Shown: one piece after another, positions 19,867 to 30,327 of the stretch | Layout: the number at the start of each line of letters is the position of its first letter | Position numbering within the stretch: the stretch's first letter is position 1 | From: an uncultured delta proteobacterium | GTDB lineage: Bacteria; Desulfobacterota; Desulfobacteria; Desulfobacterales; QNYZ01 | Assembly (NCBI GenBank): GCA_963845145.1 | Contig: CAWJQU010000007.1 | Coordinates: 1 to 48,986 of the forward strand | Length of the DNA stretch: 48,986 nt | Reading direction: 5' to 3' | Translations under genes and position numbers: made by a program | The notes under the pieces: model-generated | What the model was told of the DNA's origin: nothing | Seen by the model: only the letters and a program-made list of their open reading frames with translations | Databases searched by the model: none

Positions 19867-20763
19867 ATGCACACGAACATCGGCATCATTACGGTAAGGG
19901 ATAAGCATTACCATCCCAACCGACGTTTGGCCCAGGCCGCTGCGGCCAAGGGCCATGAGGTTGTGCGTGTGCACCCCTACCGATTCTGGCCGGCGCACTT
20001 GGAACCGGGAAAAGCGACGCTGATTCAGGGTGATGTCACCAGGCTTCCACAGGTTGTGTTACCCCGCCAAGGGGCCGATGTCGGGCCATCTTGTCTCCCC
20101 CTGATTCGTCATTTCGAACGGATGGGGATTCCGGTTATTAACGGTTTCGACGCGGTGCGGATCAGCCGGCATCAGTTCTACACGCTTCAGGCCCTTCAAG
20201 CCGCGGGGGTTCCTTTTCCTGAATCCATATTTGTGAATTCGGCGGATGGTTTTTATCATGGTATCGACGCTTTGGGTGGCTTTCCGGTGGTCGTAAAACA
20301 AGTCAGCCTGCGCCAGGGGGTCGGTGTTATAAAAGTGACATCCGCTACCCAGGCACGCGAAGTTGTAACTTGCCATTTCGAGACACCCCAAAAAGCGCGG
20401 TTGGGATTGTTGGTTCAACGCTATTTGCCCGCCACCGGCCGACAGGATATTCGGGTATTGGTACTGGGGCAACGGGTGGCTGGCGCCCAGGTTTTGACCC
20501 CGGTTGCAGGCGATTTCAGGTCCAACGCCCATCTAGGCGGCCAAGGCCGTGCATTCGCCATATCTGACAGCATTCGAAATTTGGCGCTGAAAGCAACCTC
20601 GGCGGTGGGGCTGGAAATAGCCGGGGTTGATATAATGATATCACAGGGGGAACCACCTCTGGTCGGAGAGGTTAATTATGCGCCGGGGTTTAAAGCCCTG
20701 GAAGTGTCCACCGGGCGGGATATTGCCGGGGAGATCATCGATTACGTGGTAAAAAGGGTATAA
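19867..20763 (+). CDS. RimK-family alpha-L-glutamate ligase (ATP-grasp)
   Basis: GGFPVVVK, QGVGV, LVQRYL, DIRVLVLG, GDFRSNAHLGG, GLEIAGVDI and EVNYAPGFKALE. Confidence 0.88.
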   Translation: MHTNIGIITVRDKHYHPNRRLAQAAAAKGHEVVRVHPYRFWPAHLEPGKATLIQGDVTRLPQVVLPRQGADVGPSCLPLIRHFERMGIPVINGFDAVRISRHQFYTLQALQAAGVPFPESIFVNSADGFYHGIDALGGFPVVVKQVSLRQGVGVIKVTSATQAREVVTCHFETPQKARLGLLVQRYLPATGRQDIRVLVLGQRVAGAQVLTPVAGDFRSNAHLGGQGRAFAISDSIRNLALKATSAVGLEIAGVDIMISQGEPPLVGEVNYAPGFKALEVSTGRDIAGEIIDYVVKRV

Positions 20764-20804
20764 TCTTTTAAAGAAAAGCTTGGAAGAAAAGAGGAAGACA
20801 GACC

Positions 20805-21959
20805 ATGCAGATATCAACGCCAACCATCACCGAAGCGGGTAGCCGGGTTCGTCTGTCGAGCCGGATATTATGGGAGGATTGCAACCAACCCGACCAAGAT
20901 GTCTATATCGAGGCGGAGAAGCCCTTTGGGGACGACCTATCGGTTAATCCACATACGTTTTTGGTCGGCAGTTTGATTCCGGCCATGCACTTCGGAGAAA
21001 AACGGATCGTATTAGCGGATGCGATCTGTCCTTACTTAAAAGAAGGTCTTGAAACGGTGATGGCGATTATGCGGATGTGGTCCCAGGGACGGTTGAAGCC
21101 GCTTCGAATCGAAGCCCCGCTAAAAGAGAGCGTTGACGTCGAAAACGCCCCCCATAGGCCAGGTCATAGATCAGGTCATAGATCAGGCATGGTATTGTCG
21201 GGGGGCATCGATTCTCTGGCCACCCTCCGACTAAATCGGGGAGATTATCCCCTAAGCCATCCAGGGGCGATCAAGGACGGGATCATCATCCACGGATTTG
21301 ATATTGGCGGCGTTGTGGAACGGGGGGCAAAATATTCCGTTTTCGAACGGGCCAAAGAGACGGTTGTACCGGTTGCGGAAGATGCCGGATTGAGCCTGAT
21401 CCCGGTATATACCAATATTCGGCATTTGTGCGATGACCGTGTGCTGTGGCTCGATTACTTTTTTGGTGCGGTTTTGGCGATGGTTGGTCATGCGTTCTCC
21501 ACGCGCATTAATCTTTTATATCTGGCATCTTCATTCGATCTGCCTAATTTAACGCCTTGCGGATCACATCCGTTGCTGGACCATGAATACAGCAGCTACG
21601 ATTTTCGTATTCGTCATTCACATGCCGGTCTTTCCCGTCTGGAAAAAATCGATATCGTCTCCAAATGGGATGCCGCTTTTCACCATTTTCGCGTCTGTCT
21701 GGCCAATCTGCCCGATCGGCTTAACTGCGGCCGATGTGAAAAATGTGTTCGAACCATGTTGGGGTTAGAGGCGTTGGGGGTGCTATCCAAAACCCGCGCA
21801 TTTGTGGAAGATCGTGTCACGTCCGACATGCTGGCGCCGTTCAAAATCACCATCCGACACCGCCCTCCCTTTTATAGGGAGTTGCTGGAATCATTGGCGG
21901 CCCGGGGAAGAAACGACCTGGTCGCGATTATCAACCAAAAATTGGCCAATAACGATTAA
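20805..21959 (+). CDS. PP-loop (QueC-like) ATP pyrophosphatase-motif protein of unknown function
   Basis: LSGGIDS PP-loop, GSHPLLD and a C-terminal NCGRCEKCVRT Cys cluster. Confidence 0.65.
   Translation: MQISTPTITEAGSRVRLSSRILWEDCNQPDQDVYIEAEKPFGDDLSVNPHTFLVGSLIPAMHFGEKRIVLADAICPYLKEGLETVMAIMRMWSQGRLKPLRIEAPLKESVDVENAPHRPGHRSGHRSGMVLSGGIDSLATLRLNRGDYPLSHPGAIKDGIIIHGFDIGGVVERGAKYSVFERAKETVVPVAEDAGLSLIPVYTNIRHLCDDRVLWLDYFFGAVLAMVGHAFSTRINLLYLASSFDLPNLTPCGSHPLLDHEYSSYDFRIRHSHAGLSRLEKIDIVSKWDAAFHHFRVCLANLPDRLNCGRCEKCVRTMLGLEALGVLSKTRAFVEDRVTSDMLAPFKITIRHRPPFYRELLESLAARGRNDLVAIINQKLANND
21153..21188 (+). repeat. Three 12-bp in-frame tandem repeats (HRPG HRSG HRSG)
   Basis: CATAGGCCAGGT CATAGATCAGGT CATAGATCAGGC. 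Confidence 0.9.
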
Positions 21960-22033
21960 TCTCGTGTCCTTTCCAAGGGTATCTATCTTCGGGGTATTCA
22001 TCTCATCCCACCGCTCATTTTACCGTCTTTTTA

Positions 22034-22057
22034 AATTGTGAACTAATTTACACAATT
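22034..22057. promoter_or_regulatory. Palindromic upstream activator-like site
   Basis: AATTGTG-N10-CACAATT (TGT-N12-ACA) about 110-130 bp upstream of a sigma-54 promoter; the CTAATTTACA core recurs at about 22084. Confidence 0.55.
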
Positions 22058-22167
22058 ATTAAATAACAGATTATGATTGGGAGCTAATTTACATGATTTC
22101 TGTTGTTTTATTTGAACATGAAATAATTAACTTATTGTTATTAAAGAATTAAAATGTTTTGCAATCA

Positions 22168-22184
22168 TTGGCATAGTGTTTGCT
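22168..22184 (+). promoter_or_regulatory. Sigma-54 (-24/-12) promoter
   Basis: TTGGCATAGTGTTTGCT has GG-N10-GC spacing and fits TGGCA-N6-TTGC; it lies in an AT-rich intergenic region about 50 bp before an ORF. Confidence 0.8.
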
Positions 22185-22236
22185 AAGTATTTGATATGGA
22201 GAGGGATATATAACGAAATGGAATTTGGAGAAGAGA

Positions 22237-22446
22237 ATGGTCATCAAAGTTAACGGATACGAGCTCAACATCACGAAAGATCATGATGTGTATGTGGGTG
22301 GCACCAATTGTGGCCAGATGTTTATCAACTGGGCCGATCTGGATGCAGATGAAAAGGCGATGTTGGAAAAAATTGAAAAAAAGGCCTTGCGTTTAATCTT
22401 GCAATCAGAGCAGGCCCTTACGCCTACAAAGCAATGTGCCGCATAA
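22237..22446 (+). CDS. Small hypothetical protein (69 aa)
   Basis: GGAG RBS before the ATG at 22237; downstream of the sigma-54 promoter. Confidence 0.7.
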   Translation: MVIKVNGYELNITKDHDVYVGGTNCGQMFINWADLDADEKAMLEKIEKKALRLILQSEQALTPTKQCAA

Positions 22447-22549
22447 AAGACCCGGTTTGACATGGCAAGGATTTGGACCCATCCTTTGATTGTCGCACCG
22501 TTTAGCCAGTTCAGCCTACTTTTTATCGGATCGTTTGAGAAGGGGGTGG

Positions 22550-22714
22550 ATGATGGACAGGGCCAAACCCGGCAACGTGGGAATCAAAAAACTGATTAAA
22601 AACGGGAAACGAAAATTTAGAATCGCGGAAAATGTATCCTATTATTCTGAAAATGATTACAAAAAAGCCGAAAAAAAATTTATCAAATCGTGCGTTTTAG
22701 GTGGGCGCTGTTAA
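22550..22714 (+). CDS. Small basic hypothetical protein (about 54 aa)
   Basis: AGGGGG RBS before MMDRAKPG...; followed by a terminator. Confidence 0.6.
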   Translation: MMDRAKPGNVGIKKLIKNGKRKFRIAENVSYYSENDYKKAEKKFIKSCVLGGRC

Positions 22715-22765
22715 CACTATCGTAATATAATAGAATAGAGAGGCGTTAAGGTTTCTATTCAATTT

Positions 22766-22809
22766 ATGGCCTGGTCCCCGAGTTTGCGGTGCCGGGCCAT
22801 TTCTATTTT
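22766..22809 (+). terminator. Intrinsic terminator
   Basis: ATGGCCTGG...CCGGGCCAT stem followed by TTCTATTTT. Confidence 0.6.
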
Positions 22810-22947
22810 GGTGTGGCTGCGCTTTATCTTTGACTTGAAGGGAGGTGCACAATCTGTTATGCGTCCATCCTCTTTGGCGGGTGCCGTTTATTTGCGATGA
22901 CGGCTACTTCACCCATATTTTGTCTATCAGGTCAAAGGTGGGTTGCG

Positions 22948-23843
22948 TGAAAAAAATCATTGTTTTTATTGTTGCCGGTATCATCATTGGTGGCCTGGCG
23001 GCATATGGGATCATTCGACATATAGCCATTCAGCGGGCTGGGACGGAAATTGCCCAGCTGGTTTTGGATACACCCTCACTGGAGGAGGTTCGTTACGGCA
23101 AAATTTCCATTGGCCTGATTCAGTCCACATTTGGCATGCAGGATATCCAATTGAAATTGACCGGTTTTGATGAACCGATCCGGATTGACCGTATCCTTCT
23201 GGATGCTGCCGAAGCCGGCCAGGGCATTCCACATCGGGCCAGGGCCGAAATCAAAGGTATCCAGGTGAGCACCCGGCATGGTCTGCTCGGTCCGGTTCGT
23301 ACCGAACTCGAAGCCATGGGATATCGCAACATTGCCGGGTTGATTTCGCTGGCCTACACCTATGATAACGCGGATAAGATACTGAATCTGAATGACGTAA
23401 CCATTCGGGCCAACCAGATGGGAAGTGTCCGATTCGATCTATCACTGACCAATCTGGATTTAGACAAACTAGTCAGCCAAGACAACCGACCCGATGTTGC
23501 CACGATGCTCATGGCGATGCCCATGGCCGGCCTTGCCCAAGGGAGGTTGACCTACGCGGATGATTCTTTCCTTAAGCGCGCGCTTCAGCGTACCGATACT
23601 CAAGATGGCGGCCAACCCGAAACCTATCATTTTCGCGCCAAAGAAAAGCTCGGCCAACTTCTTAAAACGGAATCAAATGATCGTGTCCGCCAAATGTTAG
23701 CCGTTCTGGTGGATTTTATCGATCACCCCGAATCCATCACCATATCGCTGAAGCCCACCAAACCGGTACCCTTTCTTCGGTTGTTGTGGGTGAAGAAGAT
23801 ACCTGATATTTTAGATTTGCTTAATGCAACGATATCTAAATAG
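22948..23843 (+). CDS. Hypothetical N-terminally anchored envelope protein
   Basis: GTG start (VKKIIVFIVAGIIIGGLAAY) with a single TM helix and then a soluble domain. Confidence 0.7.
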
Positions 23844-23926
23844 TATAGAAATTACTGGATGTTATTGTAATAAGTGAAATGAATGGATGAGGTTTTGTCA
23901 GGCCCGCCGGCCTCGGATTGCCAAGC

Positions 23927-24535
23927 TCAAAGCCCCCATGTCTTTAGAACTTCGGCCACCCCCGCCACGCCCGATACAAGTTGTGAATTAAACCCAATGG
24001 ATTTAGCGGCGTCCGTATTGATTCGATTGTCGTCGAAAAAGAGAATCCGTTCAGCCAAGTGGCCAGTCACCGCGACAACGTTAGAAAATGCATCGATATC
24101 CGGCTTTAAACGGCCGGTCCAATGGGAGGGCAGGACCCAATCGAAATACGGAATGAGTCCCATCTCGACCTCGATCCGTTGCCAGTGAAGTTCGTTCGTG
24201 TTGGAAAGAACACCCAGGGTATATTGTTTGCCCAGATTGGCCAGCAATTTTTTCGCACCGGCAAAAGGTTGTTTCGGCCATTGTTTGAATTCAGCCAAAA
24301 AGCGCGCGGCCGATACCGGCAGTTTGAATTCCCCAATCATGGCCGCCGCGAATTGTTGCGGTGTGGTTTGACCGGCTTCGAACGCTCGAACCGTTTGGGA
24401 TGAAAGCCATCGCTCCCACATTTCGGTGACCGTTAAACGGCCTTCCAGCCAGGAGAGTAATTGCTGAATACCCCCCAGTTCGACCAGTACACCTCCGAGA
24501 TCGAAAAGAATCAGATCGAAAGGTCGTTTATTCAT
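23927..24535 (-). CDS. HAD-family phosphatase (YihX-like)
   Basis: LFDLGGVL, LSNTNELH, LKPD and FFDDNRIN. Confidence 0.9.
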   Translation of the reverse strand: MNKRPFDLILFDLGGVLVELGGIQQLLSWLEGRLTVTEMWERWLSSQTVRAFEAGQTTPQQFAAAMIGEFKLPVSAARFLAEFKQWPKQPFAGAKKLLANLGKQYTLGVLSNTNELHWQRIEVEMGLIPYFDWVLPSHWTGRLKPDIDAFSNVVAVTGHLAERILFFDDNRINTDAAKSIGFNSQLVSGVAGVAEVLKTWGL

Positions 24536-25905
24536 ACCGTGTCGGGAGTATACTGCTTTAAAGGAAGGTTTTCGGGTAGCTGTTGAATCGTTGTATCAAT
24601 GGTTTCAAGGGTGCCGGCCAGTTTTTGGGTTGAGGCATCCTCGATAAGCGGTGTCTGATCATCGCCAAAGGTTTCCAATGATTGTATCACGCGATGGAGG
24701 GTCAGGCGATCCGTATCGATACCCGGTTGGAATGAGGGTTCTCCGGATGGGGGGGCTTCCAGCTGAGACAATATGCCGGACTCAACGAATTCGGTGACGA
24801 TTTGTCGGCCCAGGCGAACGGGAATATGGAGATTCCCGGCAATCTCGGATACGGTCAGCGGTCGCCGGCCCGATTGAAAACGATCGACCACCATGTGCAC
24901 GATGCGCAATGCGACGAGCTGTTTATGGCGATGGCTGATTTTTTGCCGATGGGGCTCGAATTCATAGGTATTGACATTTTGGTAAGCATAAGCCAGTTCC
25001 GCGCCGAAAAGGACAATCAACCAACTGGTCTGAAGCCAGATGAGAAACAGGGGCAAGGCCGCAAAACTACCGTAGATGGCATTGTTTTTAGCAATGCCTA
25101 TCTGGAAAGCGATATAGCCCCATTGGACCAGATGAAAGATCGTACCGGCGACAATGCCACCGAATAGGCCCGCACTAAACTGAACACGGGTATTGGGCAT
25201 CAGCATATAGACCAGCGAAAATAGGATCCAGACCAACACATAGGGGAGAAATTTTAACAGGAAAAAAATGACCGGGGCCACCGCCCCAAGCAGGGTGACC
25301 TGCTGGGTGATTTGGGTGATCTGGGTGGTTATAAAAACCGTGGTACTGGCCGAAAGAAAAAAGAGGACTGGCGTGAGCAGAATAAATGCCAGGTAATCGG
25401 CGAATTTACGCCCAAAAGAACGGTTTTTTTTGATTTCCCAGATATCGTTGAAAGACCGTTCGATGTTGCCCATTAACCGGATGACCGTCCAGAATAATAC
25501 CACGATGCCGATTCCGGCAATCATACCGCCCTTGGTGTTATCCAGCATGGCCTGGGCAAAACTGATGACATTGGTCACCACCTCTTGTTGACCGGAAAAA
25601 CGCTCTAACAATTGGGTTTTAAGGTTTTTTTCAAAACCGAACCCTTTGGCGATACCAAAGATCATGGCCGCCACCGGGACGATGGATAACAGGGAGTAGA
25701 AGGTGAGGGCCGAAGCGTTCAACTGGCACCGGTCCTTGTGAAAGCCCCGCAATGACAAAAGAATAATTCGACCCAGTCGAATCAAGGATGCCTTGTGGCG
25801 AGGTAAATCGGCCAGGCGAATTCGCCAAATTCCTTCACGGAAAAAATGAAAAATATGGTGAAGCATGGCTTTGCTGAATAGGGAAGGGGGGGTCGTCGGT
25901 TCCAC
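24532..25905 (-). CDS. YihY/virulence factor BrkB family membrane protein with C-terminal HTH
   Basis: ASALTFYSLLSIVP, IERSFNDIW and IYGSFAALPLFLIWLQTSWLIVLFGAE. Confidence 0.92.
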   Translation of the reverse strand: MEPTTPPSLFSKAMLHHIFHFFREGIWRIRLADLPRHKASLIRLGRIILLSLRGFHKDRCQLNASALTFYSLLSIVPVAAMIFGIAKGFGFEKNLKTQLLERFSGQQEVVTNVISFAQAMLDNTKGGMIAGIGIVVLFWTVIRLMGNIERSFNDIWEIKKNRSFGRKFADYLAFILLTPVLFFLSASTTVFITTQITQITQQVTLLGAVAPVIFFLLKFLPYVLVWILFSLVYMLMPNTRVQFSAGLFGGIVAGTIFHLVQWGYIAFQIGIAKNNAIYGSFAALPLFLIWLQTSWLIVLFGAELAYAYQNVNTYEFEPHRQKISHRHKQLVALRIVHMVVDRFQSGRRPLTVSEIAGNLHIPVRLGRQIVTEFVESGILSQLEAPPSGEPSFQPGIDTDRLTLHRVIQSLETFGDDQTPLIEDASTQKLAGTLETIDTTIQQLPENLPLKQYTPDTV

Positions 25906-26330
25906 GTGCGCCTCGGGTGTTATGGGTTGGTTGCCGTTTTTTCTCCGCAGACTGTTTTTATCTTTGCCACTGATCTTGATAATATTCGACTAAAATGTCA
26001 ATGGGTTCGCTTTTTCGACCCAGGGCAATCGCAAATATCAACCATGGTTTTTAAATTTTATTTGCGATTATCCTATTTTTCGACCCTCCCGATGATTATC
26101 CGGATGAATATCAAGATGACCATTTTCACTAATAAGGATAATTTGGCCTTGAAAAGTCTTCGGCAATCTCCTATCTTTTTGATTCAGGGAAAGTAAAAAC
26201 CTGTTTCACATGGAAAATGGTCGGTCATTTTGGATCGACTTCGCAACATTGACATCGTTTCTTTTCAAACCGGTAGGTAAAACCCAAAATTGTCCCCTAA
26301 AATCTAAAATGAGTAAAAGGAGGTCGTGAC

Positions 26331-27626
26331 ATGCCGACAAACACACCGGGTTATCCTGATGGGTATGATGAAGCCGATCGAGTGGGGCGGCCACCCAACG
26401 TCGTCCGCCTGTTTCCCAATTCCAAGGCGTTAATCGTCAGCGGAAAATATATTGACCGGGCCATGCGTAAAAAGGGCGGCGCCATCGCCATGGCAGCCAA
26501 TGGCCGAAACCAATTTGTTATTCGCGGGGCCCTGCGGGGCGCCCAGCGGGCCAATGCGGCCTTGATTATCGAAATTGCCCGATCCGAGGGCGGTGCCAGC
26601 GCTTATTGCGCGGTAAATTACTGGAATATCGCGCGTCAAGTCGACGCCATTTGTAATGAGTTGAACATTACCATTCCGGTGGCGATCCATGCGGACCACT
26701 ACGGCATCAAAACGCCCGACGATGTGGCGCCGGCCAAAATCGAGATTCCCACCCTTTTCGAAGCGGGAATGACCTCCATTGCCATCGATCCGTCCCATAT
26801 GCCCGATGACCAGAATCTGCTGGCCAGTATCGAACTCATCCCGCAGGTGCCCGATTGGGCTGGTTTTGAAACCGAGATTGGTGAGATCAAGGGAAAGACC
26901 GGCCTGTCTACCGTGGACGAGGCGCTTTTTCTGATTCAGGGGCTGAATGCCCACGGTATCTTTCCGGACTGGATTGCCCTGAACAACGGCACCACCCATG
27001 GCATTGAAGCCAGCGGCCAGGGAATTCAGGTAGATCTGACCCAAAAGATTCATGAGGCCCTCGAACCCTATCAGGTGTCCGGGGCTCAGCATGGCACTTC
27101 GGGAAACAATTCGGATCGTTTGCGTGACATTGCCCAAAAGACCCGCACCACCAAGGCCAATGTGGCCACAGCACTGCAGATGATCTCCTGGGGCCTTGAG
27201 GTCAATGATTACGGTAACGCGATCTTGGATGACGACGGTCAATTCATCAAGGTTCGAGATCAGGGGATGACTGAGGAGATGTGGGCGGCTATGGTTGCTC
27301 ATGCCAAAGAGAACGGGCTTTCAGGTGGCAATTATAAAAAACTCAATCTTCCGTTTGAGAACCGACTGCTCGGCCAGCCGGCCGATATTCGTGAGCGGAT
27401 GGTGAAGCGGGTAGAGGATTTCGTCTACAATATGCTGGTCAATGTTCTAAATAGTGGCGATACTGCCCCGCTGGTCATTGCGGATATTCTGGCAACCGGT
27501 TCACACAATCCGGGCCCCAAAGCGGAGCGGATCGAAAACCCGGCCGACTGGACGCCCGAAAAAATCCAGGCTAAAGCAAAGGATATCTGTTCCGACAAGG
27601 GCGAAGAGGGAGACTTCGACGACTAA
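26331..27626 (+). CDS. fba: Class II fructose-bisphosphate aldolase family protein
   Basis: VAIHADH, ETEIGEI, NNGTTHG, AQHGTSG and KANVAT; AGGAGG RBS. Confidence 0.88.
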   Translation: MPTNTPGYPDGYDEADRVGRPPNVVRLFPNSKALIVSGKYIDRAMRKKGGAIAMAANGRNQFVIRGALRGAQRANAALIIEIARSEGGASAYCAVNYWNIARQVDAICNELNITIPVAIHADHYGIKTPDDVAPAKIEIPTLFEAGMTSIAIDPSHMPDDQNLLASIELIPQVPDWAGFETEIGEIKGKTGLSTVDEALFLIQGLNAHGIFPDWIALNNGTTHGIEASGQGIQVDLTQKIHEALEPYQVSGAQHGTSGNNSDRLRDIAQKTRTTKANVATALQMISWGLEVNDYGNAILDDDGQFIKVRDQGMTEEMWAAMVAHAKENGLSGGNYKKLNLPFENRLLGQPADIRERMVKRVEDFVYNMLVNVLNSGDTAPLVIADILATGSHNPGPKAERIENPADWTPEKIQAKAKDICSDKGEEGDFDD

Positions 27627-27639
27627 GGGCCGATCATAA

Positions 27640-27668
27640 TTGACAAGAAAGAGGCCAGACGATAGCAT
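27640..27668 (+). promoter_or_regulatory. Sigma-70-type promoter
   Basis: TTGACA-N17-TAGCAT upstream of the lipoprotein-coaBC-udg run. Confidence 0.6.
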
Positions 27669-27727
27669 TTGATGACAATCCGAAACACACTTAACCCATA
27701 ATTTTTATTTTTGAGGAGGTTGACCCC

Positions 27728-28201
27728 ATGAACTATTTTCGGCGGCAAAACCGGTCTTGACTTTGTTATGCATCCTGTTTTGCTTTTTCTTTTTGGCCAC
27801 TGGATGTACGCCCTATTTTCAAAAGAAAAAAAGCGGAACGTCCGCCCGACCCACCGGGCCCATGCCGGTCTATTATGATTTTGGCGACGTGCTGGTCCCA
27901 AAAGAGTTAAAGGTCGTTAAAAAAGAGTCGTTTTTGTTTAAATCCGGTGATCTGTCCGCCGGTGTGCTTGTACTCAAAGGGCGGTGTGGACAGTGACTCG
28001 CTCATTGCGTTTTTTGAAAACAATATGCTCAAAGACGGCTGGTCTCAACTCGGATCCGTCAAAACACCCAATTCCATGTTGTTGTTTCAAAAACAGGCCC
28101 GCTGGGGCATGATTGAGATGATGTCGCATACACTGTTTACGAAAGTGAAAATCTGGGTAACCACCCAGGAAACATCAAAATCGGGCTTGCTGAAAGAGTA
28201 G
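27728..28201 (+). CDS. Lipoprotein, frameshifted
   Basis: GAGGAGG RBS and ATG at 27728; lipobox LATG-C; YYDFGDVLVPKEL continues into the 27947-28201 frame. Confidence 0.7.
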
Positions 28202-28235
28202 CGGTGTTACCGTCGACAAATCGTAGGATCGGACA

Positions 28236-29499
28236 TTGATAGCAAATAAGCATATCATTCTCGGTGTGAGTGGGGGGATTGCGGCTTATAAAAGTGTTGA
28301 AATGCTGCGTCTGTTACAGGACGCCGGTGGGCACACGCGTGTGGTGATGACCGCCAATGCCGAACATTTTGTCGGTCCGGTCACTTTTGAAGCGTTAAGC
28401 GGTCAACCCGTGCTTCGGAATTTGTTTGAAAATAGCGCCCGGCGCTTCCATTCATCACATTGAATGGGCCCAAATTGCCGAGGTTGTCGTCATTGCGCCG
28501 GCCACGGCCAATGTGATCGGCAAACTGGCCGCCGGGATCGCCGACGATGCCCTGACCACCCTGATGATGGCGGTTACGGCACCGGTCCTGATTTGCCCGG
28601 CCATGAACACCCATATGTATCAAAGTCCGGCGGTCCAGCGAAATCTGGACCGGTTGCGGCGGGATGGGTACAACATTATGGACCCGGCCTCGGGCGAGCT
28701 GGCCTGTGGCACGGTTGGTCCGGGCCGATTGCCCGCCCCGGCCGACATTGTTGAAAAGCTCAAATCGGTTTTGGCGCCCAACGATTTTCAAGGGAAACGG
28801 GTGCTGGTTACCGCCGGCCCCACAAGGGAGCCAATTGATCCGGTACGATTCATCTCGAACCCGTCATCGGGCAAAATGGGATTTGCCGTCGCCCGCGCTG
28901 CAAGACAGCGCGGCGCGGCGGTCACGCTGGTCACCGGTCCCACCGGATTGCCCGACCCGATTGATGTAACCGTCATCCGTATCAGTACCGCCCGGGAAAT
29001 GGCGGCGGCCGTCATGGACCATTTTGAAGATATGGATGTGGTTGTGAAAACAGCGGCCGTATCCGATTACCGGCCGGAAACAGAAGCCCGCCGTAAAATT
29101 AAAAAGACCCAGGATGAAATGACCCTGCGGTTGGTCAAAAATGAGGATATTTTAAAATCCCTTGGTTTAATCAAAAAACAGGGTTTAATCAAAAAACAGG
29201 GTGACAATAAAAAACAACAAATACTGGTTGGTTTTGCTGCTGAAACCAATGATTTAAAAGAGAATGCCGAGAAAAAACTTAAAGAAAAAAATCTCGATAT
29301 GATCGTGGGCAATCTCATCGGCGCCAAAGATGCCGGGTTTGAGTCGGACAATAATACGGTCAATCTATTTTTCCCCGACGGCACCATTGAATCCTTGCCG
29401 GCCATGTCCAAGGATGATGTCGCCCATACCCTCCTGGATCATGTCCTTCGAATAGTGGGTGAAACCGATGACGGCCACACAACTGATAGAAACAATTGA
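28236..29499 (+). CDS. coaBC: Bifunctional phosphopantothenoylcysteine decarboxylase/ligase (one frameshift near 28430)
   Basis: [57 protein letters not shown] and VGFAAET. Confidence 0.95.
29164..29217 (+). repeat. 18-bp in-frame tandem duplication in coaBC (GLIKKQ twice plus a degenerate third copy)
   Basis: GGTTTAATCAAAAAACAG twice, then GGTGACAATAAAAAACAA. Confidence 0.9.
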
Positions 29500-30188
29500 T
29501 GAGCTAACCCGTTCGTTTCGGTTTTTAAAACAAACGGGATGTTCCGGATTTACCTGTAGTGACGAGAATCTCGCGCGTCTAGACGCCTGGTCGAAACCTA
29601 AATTACCGCCGGGTTCACAACCGGCCCAATCCAACCTTGCCGGTATTCGTAAAGAACTGGGCAATTGCCAGCGATGCGGGTTGGCCTAAATCGCGGAAAC
29701 AGATCGTTTTCGGCAGCGGAAACCCCAGGGCCAGGCTCGTATTTGTGGGGGAAGCCCCCGGTTATGAAGAGGACGTTAAGGGTGAGCCCTTCGTCGGTCC
29801 GGCCGGCCAGCTGCTCACAAAAATAATTCACGCCATTGAAATGACCCGGGAGACGGTATATATTCTAAACGTCTTAAAATGTCGGCCGCCCAAAAACCGG
29901 AACCCGCTTCCCGATGAAGTAGAGACAGCTGTTCGCCGTTTATGCTCCAGCAGATCCAATCCATTCAACCGGATTTCATCTGTGCTTTAGGCAAATTTGC
30001 CGCCCAAACCCTGCTTCAGACCGACCGGCCCATCTCTCGCTTGAGAGGACAATTTTTTCGACTATCAGGGGATCCCGTTGATGCCGACTTTTCATCCGTC
30101 CTATCTGCTGCACAACCCGGAGAAGAAGCGCGAGGTATGGGAGGATATGCAGAAATTGATGGCGGCCATGAAACAGGCGGATAAATAA
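29468..30188 (+). CDS. Family 4 uracil-DNA glycosylase, frameshifted
   Basis: [37 protein letters not shown] and [10 protein letters not shown] across frames. Confidence 0.9.
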
Positions 30189-30327
30189 AATCGTTGGACG
30201 ATTCTCCCGACCCGTTTGAGGCGCCGGCGATCTGTTATAAACTTTGACCAACCAGGTCTTCAGGCACATCCGGCATTCCGGGCTTGGCAGTTATGATTTC
30301 GCTTACCTTATCATGGCAATTAGGACC

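Noticed and set aside
19867..22714. Graspetide RiPP cluster with the small ORFs as precursors
   Set aside because: The ligase is RimK-like, and the small ORFs have no repeated core motifs and have their own sigma-54 promoter.
25906..26330. Riboswitch or 96-aa ORF in the yihY-fba intergenic region
   Set aside because: No recognisable riboswitch consensus; it looks like a divergent promoter region (TTGAAA-N17-TATCTT near 26149).
26430..27302. Long antisense ORF (290 aa) and other shadow ORFs
   Set aside because: They lie opposite well-supported genes and show no recognisable motifs.
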